Counted from the stretch's first letter, positions 1-10,289 are shown. The stretch is DNA of 64,000 bases from Terriglobia bacterium (GCA_965223005.1 CBDCVK010000005.1:96001-160000), one strand, 5' to 3'. The notes: a model not told the origin generated them from the letters alone. Numbers and translations: made by a program.

Positions 1-3
1 GCC

Positions 4-654
4 TTGGACGAGACACATCAGGAAATGCAGGCTGTGCTGGACAGACGCGCCGAAGCCCTCACCACTCGCCACCACCAGAAACTAAAAGAGTGGCTGAATG
101 CGGGTCAACGAGAGATTGGAGCGGTGGGCGAGGCTGCCCAGGAAGTTTTCCAGGCGCGGATCCGCTCCGCCTTGGACCGCACCCTCGAGCAAGCAGAGAA
201 ACGCCTGGAGCAGGCTGGCGGCAGCCGGGTGGCAGGCCTCGAGCGCTCCGTCGAAACCCTCCGCCGCGACTACGAGCGGCGCCTGCAGCATCTGGCACAG
301 CAGTACGAGGAAGCTTGCCAGAAGCAGACGCGGATGCTCACGGACTCCGTGGCCGATGCGGCCGTCCCGGTCCGCGATCAGACGCAACAGATGAGCCGCA
401 CCGCCATCGAGCGGGTTCGCGAGGCACATGAGATGCTGTTGCGGGAAACTCCCGCCCGAGTGGCTCAGGCTGAGGCGGCCTTCCGGCAGAGCCTGGAGCG
501 GATTCTCGAGCAGGCTCGGGAAGAAGCATCAGCCACGTTGGCGACCCTCTGCTCGCAGTGGGTGGCGCGGAGTGAGTTGGAACTGCGGCGGCGCCTTTAC
601 GAGGCTCAGCAGAAGCCGATACCGCCAGGCAAGGCGGAGGCGGAAAGCGCCTAG
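4..654 (+). CDS. Coiled-coil hypothetical protein, probably the 3' part of a gene starting before the window
   Basis: Open frame from the window edge; helical heptad-rich E/Q/R/A/L composition. Confidence 0.6.
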   Translation: MDETHQEMQAVLDRRAEALTTRHHQKLKEWLNAGQREIGAVGEAAQEVFQARIRSALDRTLEQAEKRLEQAGGSRVAGLERSVETLRRDYERRLQHLAQQYEEACQKQTRMLTDSVADAAVPVRDQTQQMSRTAIERVREAHEMLLRETPARVAQAEAAFRQSLERILEQAREEASATLATLCSQWVARSELELRRRLYEAQQKPIPPGKAEAESA

Positions 655-665
655 ACGCCGCACAA

Positions 666-2354
666 CTAATGTACTTGGGATCTGCGCTCCTGGTATCTCT
701 GGTGGGCCGCACGCAGCAGTTGATCTAGCGGATCCGTCTCCGCAATCTCTTCTGAAATAGTTGCCCCCCATCCCCTTTCGGATCCTCGCTCCTGTACTCC
801 CTGCTCGGCTGGCAGCTCAACCGAGTCCAGCACTTCACCTATTGGTTCCGTCTCTAAAATCTCTCCCGCGGCGTTCTCTGCCACCATGGTCGTCCCCAAT
901 TCCACTTCCGGTCCTCGGGCCTCTTCTCCCTGCACGGCTGGAGGCTCAGCGAAACTCAACGCCTGCTTCAGTAGTTCCGGCTCCGGAATCTGTTCCGCGG
1001 CGCTCTCTGCCACCATGGTCGCCCCCAATTCCACTTCCGGTCCTTGGGCCTCTTCCCTTTGCACGGCTGGGGCCTCAGCAGAACGCAACACCCGATCGAT
1101 TGGTTCCGTCTCCGCAATCTCCTCCGCCGTGGTCGCCCCTAATTCCCTGAACTTGCGAACACTGGGTAGAAGCCGGGATTTTAGAGAACCAAGAGTCTTA
1201 TTGAAGGCGTCCACCGCGTCATCCAGCGCTGCGCGCAACTTGCTGAAGTGATCCCAAAAAATAGAAACACGTTCGTAAACTTCTTTCCCCGCCTCGCTGA
1301 TCTCACGCGCGTTCGCGGCGACGGCTTCTTGTCGCCATCCGTAAGCGGCTGCTTTCAGAAGAGCGATCAGAGTCACCGGGGTCGCAATGAGCACCCGGTT
1401 TTCAATTGCGTGTTCCACCAGAGAAAGATCCCGGTCGACGGCAGCACTAAAGAATGGCTCTCCCGGAAGGAAAAGCACTGTGAATTCGGGAGCGGCGGCC
1501 AGCCCTTCCCAGTAGGCCTTGGAGGACAGCTGGTCCACGTGGCTCCGCACGTGCTTGGCATGGAGGGTGAGAGCCGAGTTCCTTTCCTCGTCCGTGTTTG
1601 CCTCCACCGCGTCAAGGTATGCGTCAAGCGGCACTTTGGAATCCACAGGGACGGAAAGGCCACCGGGCATGTGCACGACCATGTCGGGACGGCGATATCG
1701 ACCATCTTCGGTATTCACCGTGGGTTGTTCCGCGAAGTCACAATGCTCTGCCATCCCCGCAAGTTCCGCGGCACGCCGCAACGTCAGTTCTCCCCAACGG
1801 CTGCGAACATGCGGGCGCCGTAGCGCAGAAACCAGGTTTGCCGTCTCCCGTCGGAGAAGGTCTTGTGTTTCCCCAATCCCTTTCAGCAAACCCTGCAGGT
1901 CTCCATATGCTCTTTGGCGCTCGCCTTCAATCGACTGCAGATGTCCTTCGTACCTAGTGAGCGCCTCGGCAAGCGGTTTGACCAGCGCCTCAACCTCTGT
2001 CCTGCGCTGCTTCAGGTCTCCTTCCGCCTCGCCCCGGAGTGTGCTGAACTTTTGGGTCGCGAGGTCAAGAAACGCTTCGTTGTTGGTTTTTAACGTCTGA
2101 GCCGCGTGTTCGCTGAACTCGGCTGATAGTTGAGTGCGGGCTTCCTCTATCAATTTTTCCTTCTCTCGCAGTATTTGTTGCTGTGATGTAAGAAAAGCCT
2201 CCGAGGTTGCCTTGCTAAGTTCCGCCTCCTGCAAACGTTCTTGGAAGGACGGGGGAACGCGATCGCGAGTGAGCACCCAAGTGAAGAGGCCGCCGACTAG
2301 GACTCCGGCAAGCAGACTAAGCGCAATCGCGACAAACGCTACAGATACACTCAT
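666..2354 (-). CDS. rmuC: DNA recombination protein RmuC with an acidic repetitive C-terminal extension
   Basis: N-terminal TM helix and coiled coil; motifs RSRWGELTLRR, RPDMVVHMPGG, VDSKVP, PEFTVLFLPGE, IATPVTLIALLKAAAYGWRQE. Confidence 0.92.
   Translation of the reverse strand: MSVSVAFVAIALSLLAGVLVGGLFTWVLTRDRVPPSFQERLQEAELSKATSEAFLTSQQQILREKEKLIEEARTQLSAEFSEHAAQTLKTNNEAFLDLATQKFSTLRGEAEGDLKQRRTEVEALVKPLAEALTRYEGHLQSIEGERQRAYGDLQGLLKGIGETQDLLRRETANLVSALRRPHVRSRWGELTLRRAAELAGMAEHCDFAEQPTVNTEDGRYRRPDMVVHMPGGLSVPVDSKVPLDAYLDAVEANTDEERNSALTLHAKHVRSHVDQLSSKAYWEGLAAAPEFTVLFLPGEPFFSAAVDRDLSLVEHAIENRVLIATPVTLIALLKAAAYGWRQEAVAANAREISEAGKEVYERVSIFWDHFSKLRAALDDAVDAFNKTLGSLKSRLLPSVRKFRELGATTAEEIAETEPIDRVLRSAEAPAVQREEAQGPEVELGATMVAESAAEQIPEPELLKQALSFAEPPAVQGEEARGPEVELGTTMVAENAAGEILETEPIGEVLDSVELPAEQGVQERGSERGWGATISEEIAETDPLDQLLRAAHQRYQERRSQVH
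760..1150 (-). repeat. Imperfect intragenic tandem repeat (~129 bp / ~43 aa) in the rmuC tail
   Basis: ccaccatggtcg...aattccacttccggtcct...tgcacggctgg at 881 and 1010 (129-bp period); protein PAVQxEEAxGPEVELGxTMVAE twice, with degenerate flanking copies. Confidence 0.85.
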
Positions 2355-2371
2355 CTCAGTCCCTTCCTCAC

Positions 2372-2704
2372 CTAGTAGGGCAGCCGGGCCAGCAGCTTCC
2401 CGAGCGCCCCGCGTTGCTCCCCCGACAGCGCCTCAAACTCGCCGGCAAACCCGGTGCCGGTGATTCGCCGCACCTGGCAGGGCAGACGAATGGCTTCGGC
2501 GCCCGAACCCAGAGTGATCTGGACCTCAGCTTCTGCCGGAGGCGGCGAAGCCGCTTCGACGAAGATGCTGTCCTGGCTCAATTCGGTGGCCTCGCCGGTG
2601 ATGCGCCGGCCTTTCCACTCAGCGGCTACGGCTTCCCGCAGCCTGCAACGTCCCCGTTCTCGCCGGTCAATGTCCTCGATCATGCCTCCACCTCGCGCAC
2701 CCAT
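2372..2704 (-). CDS. Single-domain PilZ-like protein
   Basis: RRERGR (RxxxR) followed by a degenerate D/NxSxxG (ELSQDS); ~100 aa beta-barrel pattern. Confidence 0.7.
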   Translation of the reverse strand: MGARGGGMIEDIDRRERGRCRLREAVAAEWKGRRITGEATELSQDSIFVEAASPPPAEAEVQITLGSGAEAIRLPCQVRRITGTGFAGEFEALSGEQRGALGKLLARLPY

Positions 2705-2788
2705 TGTAGCGCGCCCCGATCGATTCAGGCGCCTGTTCTTGTCCGTCTCCGGAGCCCCACCGCCGCCATAGATTCAGGAGCAGGAGAT

Positions 2789-3228
2789 CTAACTTTCAAC
2801 ATGCTGCTTCAGTCCTTGTAGGAGTTTCACCATTCCCCTCCTGTAATACGCCCGTACAAAGACTGCATCGAGAAGCTTCCCCAATGGACCAAATTTGAGC
2901 GTGTATCTCGGCGACACGGTGATTGCTGTTTCCTCGCCTTGGGCTTCGAGCACGAATCTTATATCCGCTGTCTTGAACGGGAGGTTTGTCCCGACAATTC
3001 GCATTGTCAACTCTTCACCTGGCCTCCAATCAACACCTTTTCATCGAGATAATTCTTTCCGCCTAGCTCACAACGTCGTCCTGAGCCTACTCCGGTTTCT
3101 CCAGTCGTTGTCTTTCGAGAAGAAACAACTCCAGGATTCCATTTGTATATGGACCCTATATCGGCCAGGGCATCCCAAACCGCCTCTTTGGGGGCGCTAA
3201 TTCGAATCTGTTCCGCGAAGGCACTCAC
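2789..3228 (-). pseudogene. SRPBCC/START (polyketide cyclase-like) gene split by a 1-nt frameshift near 3032 (real or assembly error)
   Basis: IRISAPKEAVWDALADIGSIYKWNPGV...DEKV continues in another frame as DWRPGEELTMRIV...KLLQGLKQHVES; one added base restores a single SRPBCC ORF. Confidence 0.8.
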
Positions 3229-3299
3229 CGTTTCATCTCTACTCTTGCGTGGAAGCGACCTGAGCAGCAACCTCTGACCATTTTAGCGTTTTGCCAGCA

Positions 3300-4313
3300 C
3301 TACCGCGCTCGATCCTCGTCCGGGATCAGGCGCAGGACCAAAGTTTTCTCCGGCAGCTCCATTTCCCGGGGACAGCGCCAGGGCCGGGGACAACGCCAAG
3401 GACAGAAGACTGCTGGCCCGGCGCGCAGTTCTCTGTGCGGCGTCTCCACAATGACGTGCTGCTTGGCGGAGACGATTCGCGACCGCCGCAGCTGTCGCCC
3501 GTTCTTCCGGAGACTTAGATAATCGCCCGGCAGAGGCCGGATGTTGGGTGGGGGCAGGCAGACGTAGGTATCCGGTAAGTGTGTGCGCACCAGCGATTCG
3601 AGCGGCAGCGGGTACTCTACTGGCCGCCGCCTATTGAGCTTTGCAGCACGGCCTCCGGGGTCTGTTTTCAGTTCCCACAGGTCATGCCCCAGCGACTGGA
3701 ACTTGTGCACCAGAACCCACCGCAAGCCACCCCGCTGGCTGCGAAAGTAATTCCACGGAAGCGTGTCGGACAGGACCTGGTCGGTATTGGCACACCCGCC
3801 ATGATCATCAAGCGATGCTTTAATCTTGTCCAGTAATAGCTTGAAAGCGCTCACTCTGTTCCTGGTCGATACACCTCCCTCCGCCGCCCTGTAAGCCAAC
3901 CCAAGTTGCCCCCGCAGGTGTGGCCCGAAGGCCTCTCGCACTGTACAGGCTGGAGCCTGGTGACGGGCGTCGATCCCCATGCGCACTCCGGAATCCGCAT
4001 CCGTCGCCGGCCCCACTTTCACGAGCAGCAAGCCTGCCCCGTGCCGCTTCAGCACCGCCCGCCTTCGGGGCGGAATCCGTGCCCCATCTGGCACGGCGAC
4101 GTAGGATTCCCAAACGTAGCGCTTGTTGCGCCCAGCCTGGCGAACCGCGCCGCGCGAAAACCAGGGCTTCAACTCCACGGCCACAGTCACGGGCTCGCGC
4201 ACCGCCAGCAGGTCCACGTAACCACCGTGTGGCGCGGGCACCTCGGCATACACGGCATAGCCCGTGCTCTCGAAGTGCCGCTTCAGCGCCGGATACAAAT
4301 CGGCTTCCCGCAT
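3300..4313 (-). CDS. PD-(D/E)XK-fold protein (DUF2161/MmcB-like N-terminus) with an unknown C-terminal domain
   Basis: MREADLYPALKRHFESTGYAVYAEV...VDLLAV...AVELK...QA...SYVAVP restriction-endonuclease-like pattern. Confidence 0.65.
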   Translation of the reverse strand: MREADLYPALKRHFESTGYAVYAEVPAPHGGYVDLLAVREPVTVAVELKPWFSRGAVRQAGRNKRYVWESYVAVPDGARIPPRRRAVLKRHGAGLLLVKVGPATDADSGVRMGIDARHQAPACTVREAFGPHLRGQLGLAYRAAEGGVSTRNRVSAFKLLLDKIKASLDDHGGCANTDQVLSDTLPWNYFRSQRGGLRWVLVHKFQSLGHDLWELKTDPGGRAAKLNRRRPVEYPLPLESLVRTHLPDTYVCLPPPNIRPLPGDYLSLRKNGRQLRRSRIVSAKQHVIVETPHRELRAGPAVFCPWRCPRPWRCPREMELPEKTLVLRLIPDEDRAR

Positions 4314-4511
4314 CGCTGCTGAATGTACCCCGACGCGCTGCTACTTGTGCCCTCTCACCGAGTGACGCCTAAGGCACTTTTCCCCCAGGCAGCAGCGGGA
4401 GCGGAAGAAGGATTGAAGCGCCCCTGGGGCTGGGAAGGAATCCCTAGCGTTAGAAACCAAGGCCGAATGTGTTTGTGTAGCAGTCTTCGACAGGCCTCCA
4501 CCCGCCACTGC

Positions 4512-5945
4512 TCACTCGTGTTTCACGGGCAGCGGGCCTTTGTGCTTCCAAAGTCGTTCTTTGAGCCGAGGAAACAGTTTCAGGGCGTTGTCGCGCAGGA
4601 TGTTGCGGCCGATCCTGCGCGCATCCTTCTCGCGCAGCTGGCCGCTAATGACTTTTTCGGCCAGGACCTCAGCCAAGCAGCGGAGGCTAAATTCCGTCGA
4701 AGCGTAGACACCCTCGGCGTATTCGGTGTCAGCACCCCACATGATCCGATCCGACGGAATAATATCGAGCCACTCGTGAAACGCTCGCTTGGCGACCGTG
4801 GTGCTGATGAGCGGCAGCCAGCAGGAATCGAGCCACACATTGGGCGGATGCGGCGCGGCGGCAAGAATCCGACGAAAGGCAATGGCCGCTGTCTCGCTCA
4901 CCCAAGGGTAGCCGCCGTGGAACAGGATGAACTTGGTCCGCGGATTGGCATTTATGAGGTCAACCAACAAAAGTGGGTTCGAGGGCTGGAGGTGGTACCC
5001 CGTGTGGATTTGAAAGGGCAGGTCGTACTTGGCGCTCAGCTCGACCAGCCGCCACATCATGAAATCCTCGAAGCCCTTGATCTCCTCAGCCGACAACTCC
5101 TTTCGAGGCCGGCCGAAAACGCGAGCCGCCCGCTCCTTGTCGACATTTTCAAAGTGAAGGCTGCGCTGGGTGTGTACTTTCAGCCCGACCGCTCCATGCT
5201 CCTTGGCGGTTTGGAAGGCACGATCCACCACCACGAGATAGTCGTCCAGTGACTCCACCTTCAGTCCTCGTTCCCGGGCGAAGCGGTAGGGATCAGATGA
5301 AGAAGTTGGCGGGCTGAACGAAACTGAAGGTTCTTTGAACTCAGCGGAGTGGAATCCGTTCAATAGAAACCCCACTCTGAAGATGATGACCTCAAACGGA
5401 TGGTAGAGCTTGAAATCAAGCGGCGCCCAATAGCGATCGTTGAGCATCAATTCAATGTTGGACCGCTCGGTGATGACCTCGTACAGCCACTTCTTGTTAC
5501 GATAGTTCTCAAAGATGCGCCGGTCCAGCGAGGCTGCCTGTTCGTCCGTGATGCTGTTGAAGTCGATACCATAGAGATCCTGGAATGCGGGGAGCATATA
5601 GCGATATTGGCTCAAAGCCCGCGCCTCATCAAAGTCGCCCTTGGCTCGCGACCACCACTCCTTAAAAGGTTCACCAGGCTTCCACGGAGTGAGCCGCCGG
5701 TAGAGTTGGTAATAAGAGCGCGACCAAATGCCATAGAGGTTGATGCCGCGGCCATGTTCCGTCTCGACGTAAGGAGGCAACTGATCAAACGGCCGGATGT
5801 GATTGTGGGTGTCGATAATCGGCACGGTATCCAGAAATGCCTTGATTCGCTGGTAGGCTGCGGTGTCGCGGGTGGCCTGACCCGTGGCTGCAACAGGAAG
5901 TGATAGAAAGCAGCAGACGGCGGCAGTAAGTATGCATCTTGGCAC
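4512..5945 (-). CDS. Secreted amidohydrolase-family protein (amidohydro_2 / uronate-isomerase-like)
   Basis: Signal peptide; IDTHNH, GLK, QIHTG, FHGGYPW, WGAD metal-binding motifs; AGGAG RBS before the GTG at 5945. Confidence 0.85.
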   Translation of the reverse strand: MPRCILTAAVCCFLSLPVAATGQATRDTAAYQRIKAFLDTVPIIDTHNHIRPFDQLPPYVETEHGRGINLYGIWSRSYYQLYRRLTPWKPGEPFKEWWSRAKGDFDEARALSQYRYMLPAFQDLYGIDFNSITDEQAASLDRRIFENYRNKKWLYEVITERSNIELMLNDRYWAPLDFKLYHPFEVIIFRVGFLLNGFHSAEFKEPSVSFSPPTSSSDPYRFARERGLKVESLDDYLVVVDRAFQTAKEHGAVGLKVHTQRSLHFENVDKERAARVFGRPRKELSAEEIKGFEDFMMWRLVELSAKYDLPFQIHTGYHLQPSNPLLLVDLINANPRTKFILFHGGYPWVSETAAIAFRRILAAAPHPPNVWLDSCWLPLISTTVAKRAFHEWLDIIPSDRIMWGADTEYAEGVYASTEFSLRCLAEVLAEKVISGQLREKDARRIGRNILRDNALKLFPRLKERLWKHKGPLPVKHE

Positions 5946-5976
5946 GATTTGCTCCTGTTTCACTTTAGCCGGCCTT

Positions 5977-6025
5977 TTAGCCGGAATTAGCTTCTTGGCT
6001 CTCCGGCGGTTGAGAATATACACCC
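5977..6025 (-). repeat. 49-bp promoter/leader element, copy A
   Basis: 41/49 identical to 15102-15150; GCCGGA...TCCGGC hairpin; TATATT -10-like hexamer on the minus strand. Confidence 0.75.
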
Positions 6026-6261
6026 GTTTGCGCCCCAGTCGTGCCCTCACTGCCAGGCGAGAGGGGAATCGAACTGCTCAGGAGTGCTCAGGATGCACCG
6101 TGGCGATATGAGCTTGAACCGACAGGGTGGCTGGTGTATGCTGTTGAGTAGAAGAGAGGAAACTCAAATCGGAAATTCCCGCTAGAGGCGCTGCCCCATG
6201 AAGGAGACATCAGGAACGCGCAGGGTTGGCGAGCCGTGCGAAAGCAAACTTAGGAGAAACG

Positions 6262-8853
6262 ATGTACTTTAGGCCCCGAGCAGTCCTTCTTGGCTTGGTG
6301 CTTGCCGGCCTCTGTCCACTTCTGAGCCTGGCGTGGGCAGGTGCGCCGGAGGTCGATTTTCGTCGTGACATTGAGCCGCTTTTCCGGTCTCGCTGTTACT
6401 TGTGCCACGGCTCCAAGCAGCAAATGCACGGGCTGCGGCTCGACCGTCGCCAGGACGCGCTGCGCGGCGGCGAATCCGGCCCACTCCTCCAAGCCGGGAA
6501 CAGCAGTGCCAGCGAGTTAATCCTGAGAGTAACGGGGCAGGCCGACAGGTCGCCCATGCCCCCCGTGGGCGAGCGCCTGACAGCGGAAGAGATTGCCACT
6601 CTCCGGGCGTGGATTGACCAAGGAGCGCCCTGGCCGCAGGAGGAAACAGCGGCGGCGACCGACCAGGAAGCCGATGGCGGTCAGTCGACGCACTGGTCGT
6701 TGCGGCCAATTCGCAGGCCGCCTGTTCCAGCCACTCGAAGCTCGGAAGGGGTACTCAACCCGATCGACGCGTTTATTCTTGCCCGGCTCGAGGACAAGGG
6801 AATCCAGCCATCGCCCGAAGCCGACAAACGAACACTCATTCGGCGCCTTAGCCTTGATCTGATCGGGCTGCCGCCCTCCCCCGACGAGGTCGACCAGTTC
6901 CTGGCCGACGAGGGCCGGAATGCGTACGAGCGTCTCGTGGAGGATCGTTTGCTGTCGCCGCACTTCGGAGAAAAATGGGCCCGGCACTGGCTCGACCAGG
7001 CACACTATGCCGACAGCGACGGTTACGATCGCGACCTACCTCGGCCGCATGCTTGGCGCTGGCGGCACTGGGTCATCGAGGCGCTGAATCGCGACATGCC
7101 GTTCGACAAGTTCACAGTCGAACAGATCGCCGGGGACTTGCTGCCCAACGCCACACCCGACCAAAAAGCGGCTACGGGTTTCTTCCGCAACACGCTCTCC
7201 AATCGCGAGAGCGGGGCGAAGTTAGAGGAGTTTCGCTTCGAGAAGATCGTCGATCGCGCGAACAGTCTGGGGACGGTCTGGCTCGGACTGACGGTCGCCT
7301 GCGCCCAATGCCACAACCACAAGTACGACCCGATCAGCCAGAAGGAGTATTACCAGCTCTTTGCCTTCTTCAATACGGCGGAAGAGCGCGACGTCGAAGC
7401 CCCCTTGCCAGGTGAGTGGGGTCCTTACTTGAAACATCGGGACGAGTACCACCGCAAGCGTGACGAACTGCTCGAGAAGTATGGCGTGACCGAGATCCAG
7501 CCGGAATGGGAGCGGCGCCTGATTGCCGCCTACGAGAACCCCGGTAAGTGGACCATCTGGGACGAGGTTTATGAAAATTTTGAGAAGAAGGTCGATCACG
7601 GCCTGAGGTTCCTCAGGATCCCCGCCGCGCAGCGCACGCGCCAACAGCAGGACGCGGTCACCAATCACCTCCTCAAGTATTATCACCAGGTGATTGGAAA
7701 GGAGGCTTATAAGGAGCGAGGATTCCCTGAATGGAACAAAGAGTTGCTCGCGCTCCGAGCCTCCTTCCCAAATATCAGCATGGCGCAAACGATCACCCAA
7801 AGCCCAGAGTCCCGGACAAATCACATTCACGTGCGTGGAAGCTACCGCGCGAAGGGGGTCGAGGTGAGCCCGGGCACGCTTGGCGTGTTGCATCCGTTTT
7901 CCCCGGCAGGTCCGGAAGCTTCGCGCCTGGATTTGGCCTACTGGATCGTCTCGCGGGAAAACCCGCTGACAGCTCGGGTCATCGTGAACCGTATCTGGCA
8001 GGAGTATTTTGGGCAGGGCCTGGTGACGACCTCGGACAACTTTGGGACCCAGGGCGAGAAGCCTTCCCACCCCGAGTTGCTCGACTGGCTGGCGTCGGAG
8101 TTTATGGATAGCGACTGGAGTATGAAGCGAATCCATAGGTTGGTGGTGACGTCGGCCACCTACCGGCGATCGTCGAAAGCGCGACCTGAGCTGGCGGAGC
8201 GGGACCCCGGCAACCGCTTGCTCGCCCGGCAGACTGCGTTTCGCCTTCCGGCGGAACTGTTGCGGGACTCCACCCTCGCGGCGAGCGGCTTGTTGTATCC
8301 GGCGGTGGGTGGCCGGAACGTTTTCCCGCCGCAGCCTGACTCCGTACTCGAGCTCAAACTGGGCTATGATCCGGTTTGGGAAGAGAGTCGCGGCAAAGAT
8401 CTCTACAGGCGCGGCCTCTACATTCACTTCCTGCGCACTTCGCCCTATCCTTTGCTTCAGAATTTTGACGCACCCGACGCGACCACGGCTGCTTGCCGCC
8501 GGGAACGCTCCAATACCCCCTTACAGGCGCTGAACCTGCTGAACGATCCCGTGTTTTTCGAAGCCGCGCAGTTTCTGGCGCTTCGGATTCTGAAGGAACT
8601 GCCCGCCGCCTCGTTTCACGACCGGCTGGACTATGGCTTCCGGTTGTGCCTGGCCCGGCCGCCGTCCGCAAATGAGTCGGAAGTGATGCTGTCGTATCTC
8701 ACTCGACAGAAAGCAATCCTCGAAAAGGAACCCGAATCCGTAACCGAGTTACTGCCTTGGGATATCGACGGGACAGATCAAACAGAAGCGGCGGCCTGGG
8801 TCGGCCTCAGCCGGGTGCTGCTGAATCTGGACGAATTCTTGACGAGAGAGTAG
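6262..8853 (+). CDS. Planctomycete cytochrome c + DUF1549/DUF1553 (PSD1) protein
   Basis: Signal peptide; CYLCH and CAQCHNHKYDP heme motifs; HWSLRP, NPIDAFI, RRLSLDLIGLPP, HPELLDWLA, TPLQALNLLN; AGGAG RBS before ATG 6262. Confidence 0.92.
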   Translation: MYFRPRAVLLGLVLAGLCPLLSLAWAGAPEVDFRRDIEPLFRSRCYLCHGSKQQMHGLRLDRRQDALRGGESGPLLQAGNSSASELILRVTGQADRSPMPPVGERLTAEEIATLRAWIDQGAPWPQEETAAATDQEADGGQSTHWSLRPIRRPPVPATRSSEGVLNPIDAFILARLEDKGIQPSPEADKRTLIRRLSLDLIGLPPSPDEVDQFLADEGRNAYERLVEDRLLSPHFGEKWARHWLDQAHYADSDGYDRDLPRPHAWRWRHWVIEALNRDMPFDKFTVEQIAGDLLPNATPDQKAATGFFRNTLSNRESGAKLEEFRFEKIVDRANSLGTVWLGLTVACAQCHNHKYDPISQKEYYQLFAFFNTAEERDVEAPLPGEWGPYLKHRDEYHRKRDELLEKYGVTEIQPEWERRLIAAYENPGKWTIWDEVYENFEKKVDHGLRFLRIPAAQRTRQQQDAVTNHLLKYYHQVIGKEAYKERGFPEWNKELLALRASFPNISMAQTITQSPESRTNHIHVRGSYRAKGVEVSPGTLGVLHPFSPAGPEASRLDLAYWIVSRENPLTARVIVNRIWQEYFGQGLVTTSDNFGTQGEKPSHPELLDWLASEFMDSDWSMKRIHRLVVTSATYRRSSKARPELAERDPGNRLLARQTAFRLPAELLRDSTLAASGLLYPAVGGRNVFPPQPDSVLELKLGYDPVWEESRGKDLYRRGLYIHFLRTSPYPLLQNFDAPDATTAACRRERSNTPLQALNLLNDPVFFEAAQFLALRILKELPAASFHDRLDYGFRLCLARPPSANESEVMLSYLTRQKAILEKEPESVTELLPWDIDGTDQTEAAAWVGLSRVLLNLDEFLTRE

Positions 8854-8855
8854 CC

Positions 8856-10289
8856 ATGACTCCTGAAAATTTTCTCCAAATCGACACACGCCGCCGGTTT
8901 CTTCGAGATTGCGCCGGTGGCCTGGGCATGATCGCCCTCGGAAATCTACTGACCGAGCGTGGGCTGACGGCGGCCAGCGAAGTGCCCCGCCTGGACCATC
9001 TGGCCCCTAAGCCGCCGCATTTCCCCGGCACAGCAAAGAATGTCATCTTCATGTTCCAGGCCGGTGCGCCCAGCCAGGTGGATCTGTTCGATCCCAAGCC
9101 CGGATTGCAAAAGTGGGACGGAAAACCCCTTCCGCCATCGATGACGAAAGACTTGAAGCTGGCCTTCATCAAGCCCACTGCCAAGATTTGGGCCAGCCCG
9201 CGGAAATTTAAACGTCATGGCCAGAGCGGGATGCAGTTTTCCGATTTGCTGCCGAACCTTGCCACTCACGCGGACGACTTTTGTATGGTCCGATCCATGC
9301 ACACCGAGGCGTTCAATCATACGCCGGGGGAAACGCTGTTCATGACCGGATTTCAACTCGCCGGCCGGCCCAGCGTCGGCGCGTGGACGGCCTACGGCCT
9401 GGGCAGTGAGTCGCGAGATCTGCCCGCGTTCGTGGTTCTTGGCTCGGGAAAAAGCTTGAGCGCCGGCGCAATCAATTGGTCCAGTGGATTTATGCCCTCG
9501 ACGTATCAGGGTGTGCCTTTCCGCCGCAGTGGCGATCCCATCCTCTACCTTTCGAACCCACCTGGAGTGAGCCCCCAGACTCAACGCGCCGGGCTGGATG
9601 CACTCCGGGATCTCAACCAAATCCACCAGGAGGAAACCGGCAACGTTGAAATTGCCTCGCGGATCGCGTCCTATGAATTAGCCTTTCGAATGCAGGCTTC
9701 GGCTCCGGAGTTGCTGGATTTTTCCAACGAGCCGCAGCACATTCTCGATATGTACGGGGTCCACCAGGAGATCACAAAACCGTATGCCACCAACTGCCTG
9801 CTGGCGAGGCGCATGGTCGAGCGAGGGGTTCGCTTCGTGATGCTGGTTCACACCAGCTGGGATGATCACGATAATTTGAACAAGAATCTGACCAAGAATT
9901 GCCAGATTACCGACCAGCCGGCAGCGGCACTGATCAAGGATCTCAAGCAACGAGGGCTCCTCGACAGCACCCTCATCGTTTGGGGCGGTGAGTTCGGCCG
10001 CACGCCTATGAGTCAAACCACCCGACCCGGCGACGAAGGCCGCGATCACCACCCGGATTGCTTCACTGTCTTGGCTGCCGGCGGAGGGATCAGGGGTGGC
10101 CAGATCGTCGGCGAAGGCGATGAACTAGGCCTGAACATCGTCGAAGACCCTGTGCACATCAACGATCTACACGCCACCATGCTCCACTGCCTGGGCTTCG
10201 ACCACACCAAGCTCACTTATCGCCATATGGGCCGCGATTTCCGGCTCACCGACGTTGGCGGTACTGTCGTGCAAAAGATGCTGGCCTGA
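8856..10289 (+). CDS. DUF1501 family protein (Tat-exported, sulfatase-like fold)
   Basis: TRRRFL Tat motif; AKNVIFMFQAGAPSQVDLFDPKP, WDDH, GEFGRTP, GRDHH; coupled to the PSD1 gene. Confidence 0.92.
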   Translation: MTPENFLQIDTRRRFLRDCAGGLGMIALGNLLTERGLTAASEVPRLDHLAPKPPHFPGTAKNVIFMFQAGAPSQVDLFDPKPGLQKWDGKPLPPSMTKDLKLAFIKPTAKIWASPRKFKRHGQSGMQFSDLLPNLATHADDFCMVRSMHTEAFNHTPGETLFMTGFQLAGRPSVGAWTAYGLGSESRDLPAFVVLGSGKSLSAGAINWSSGFMPSTYQGVPFRRSGDPILYLSNPPGVSPQTQRAGLDALRDLNQIHQEETGNVEIASRIASYELAFRMQASAPELLDFSNEPQHILDMYGVHQEITKPYATNCLLARRMVERGVRFVMLVHTSWDDHDNLNKNLTKNCQITDQPAAALIKDLKQRGLLDSTLIVWGGEFGRTPMSQTTRPGDEGRDHHPDCFTVLAAGGGIRGGQIVGEGDELGLNIVEDPVHINDLHATMLHCLGFDHTKLTYRHMGRDFRLTDVGGTVVQKMLA

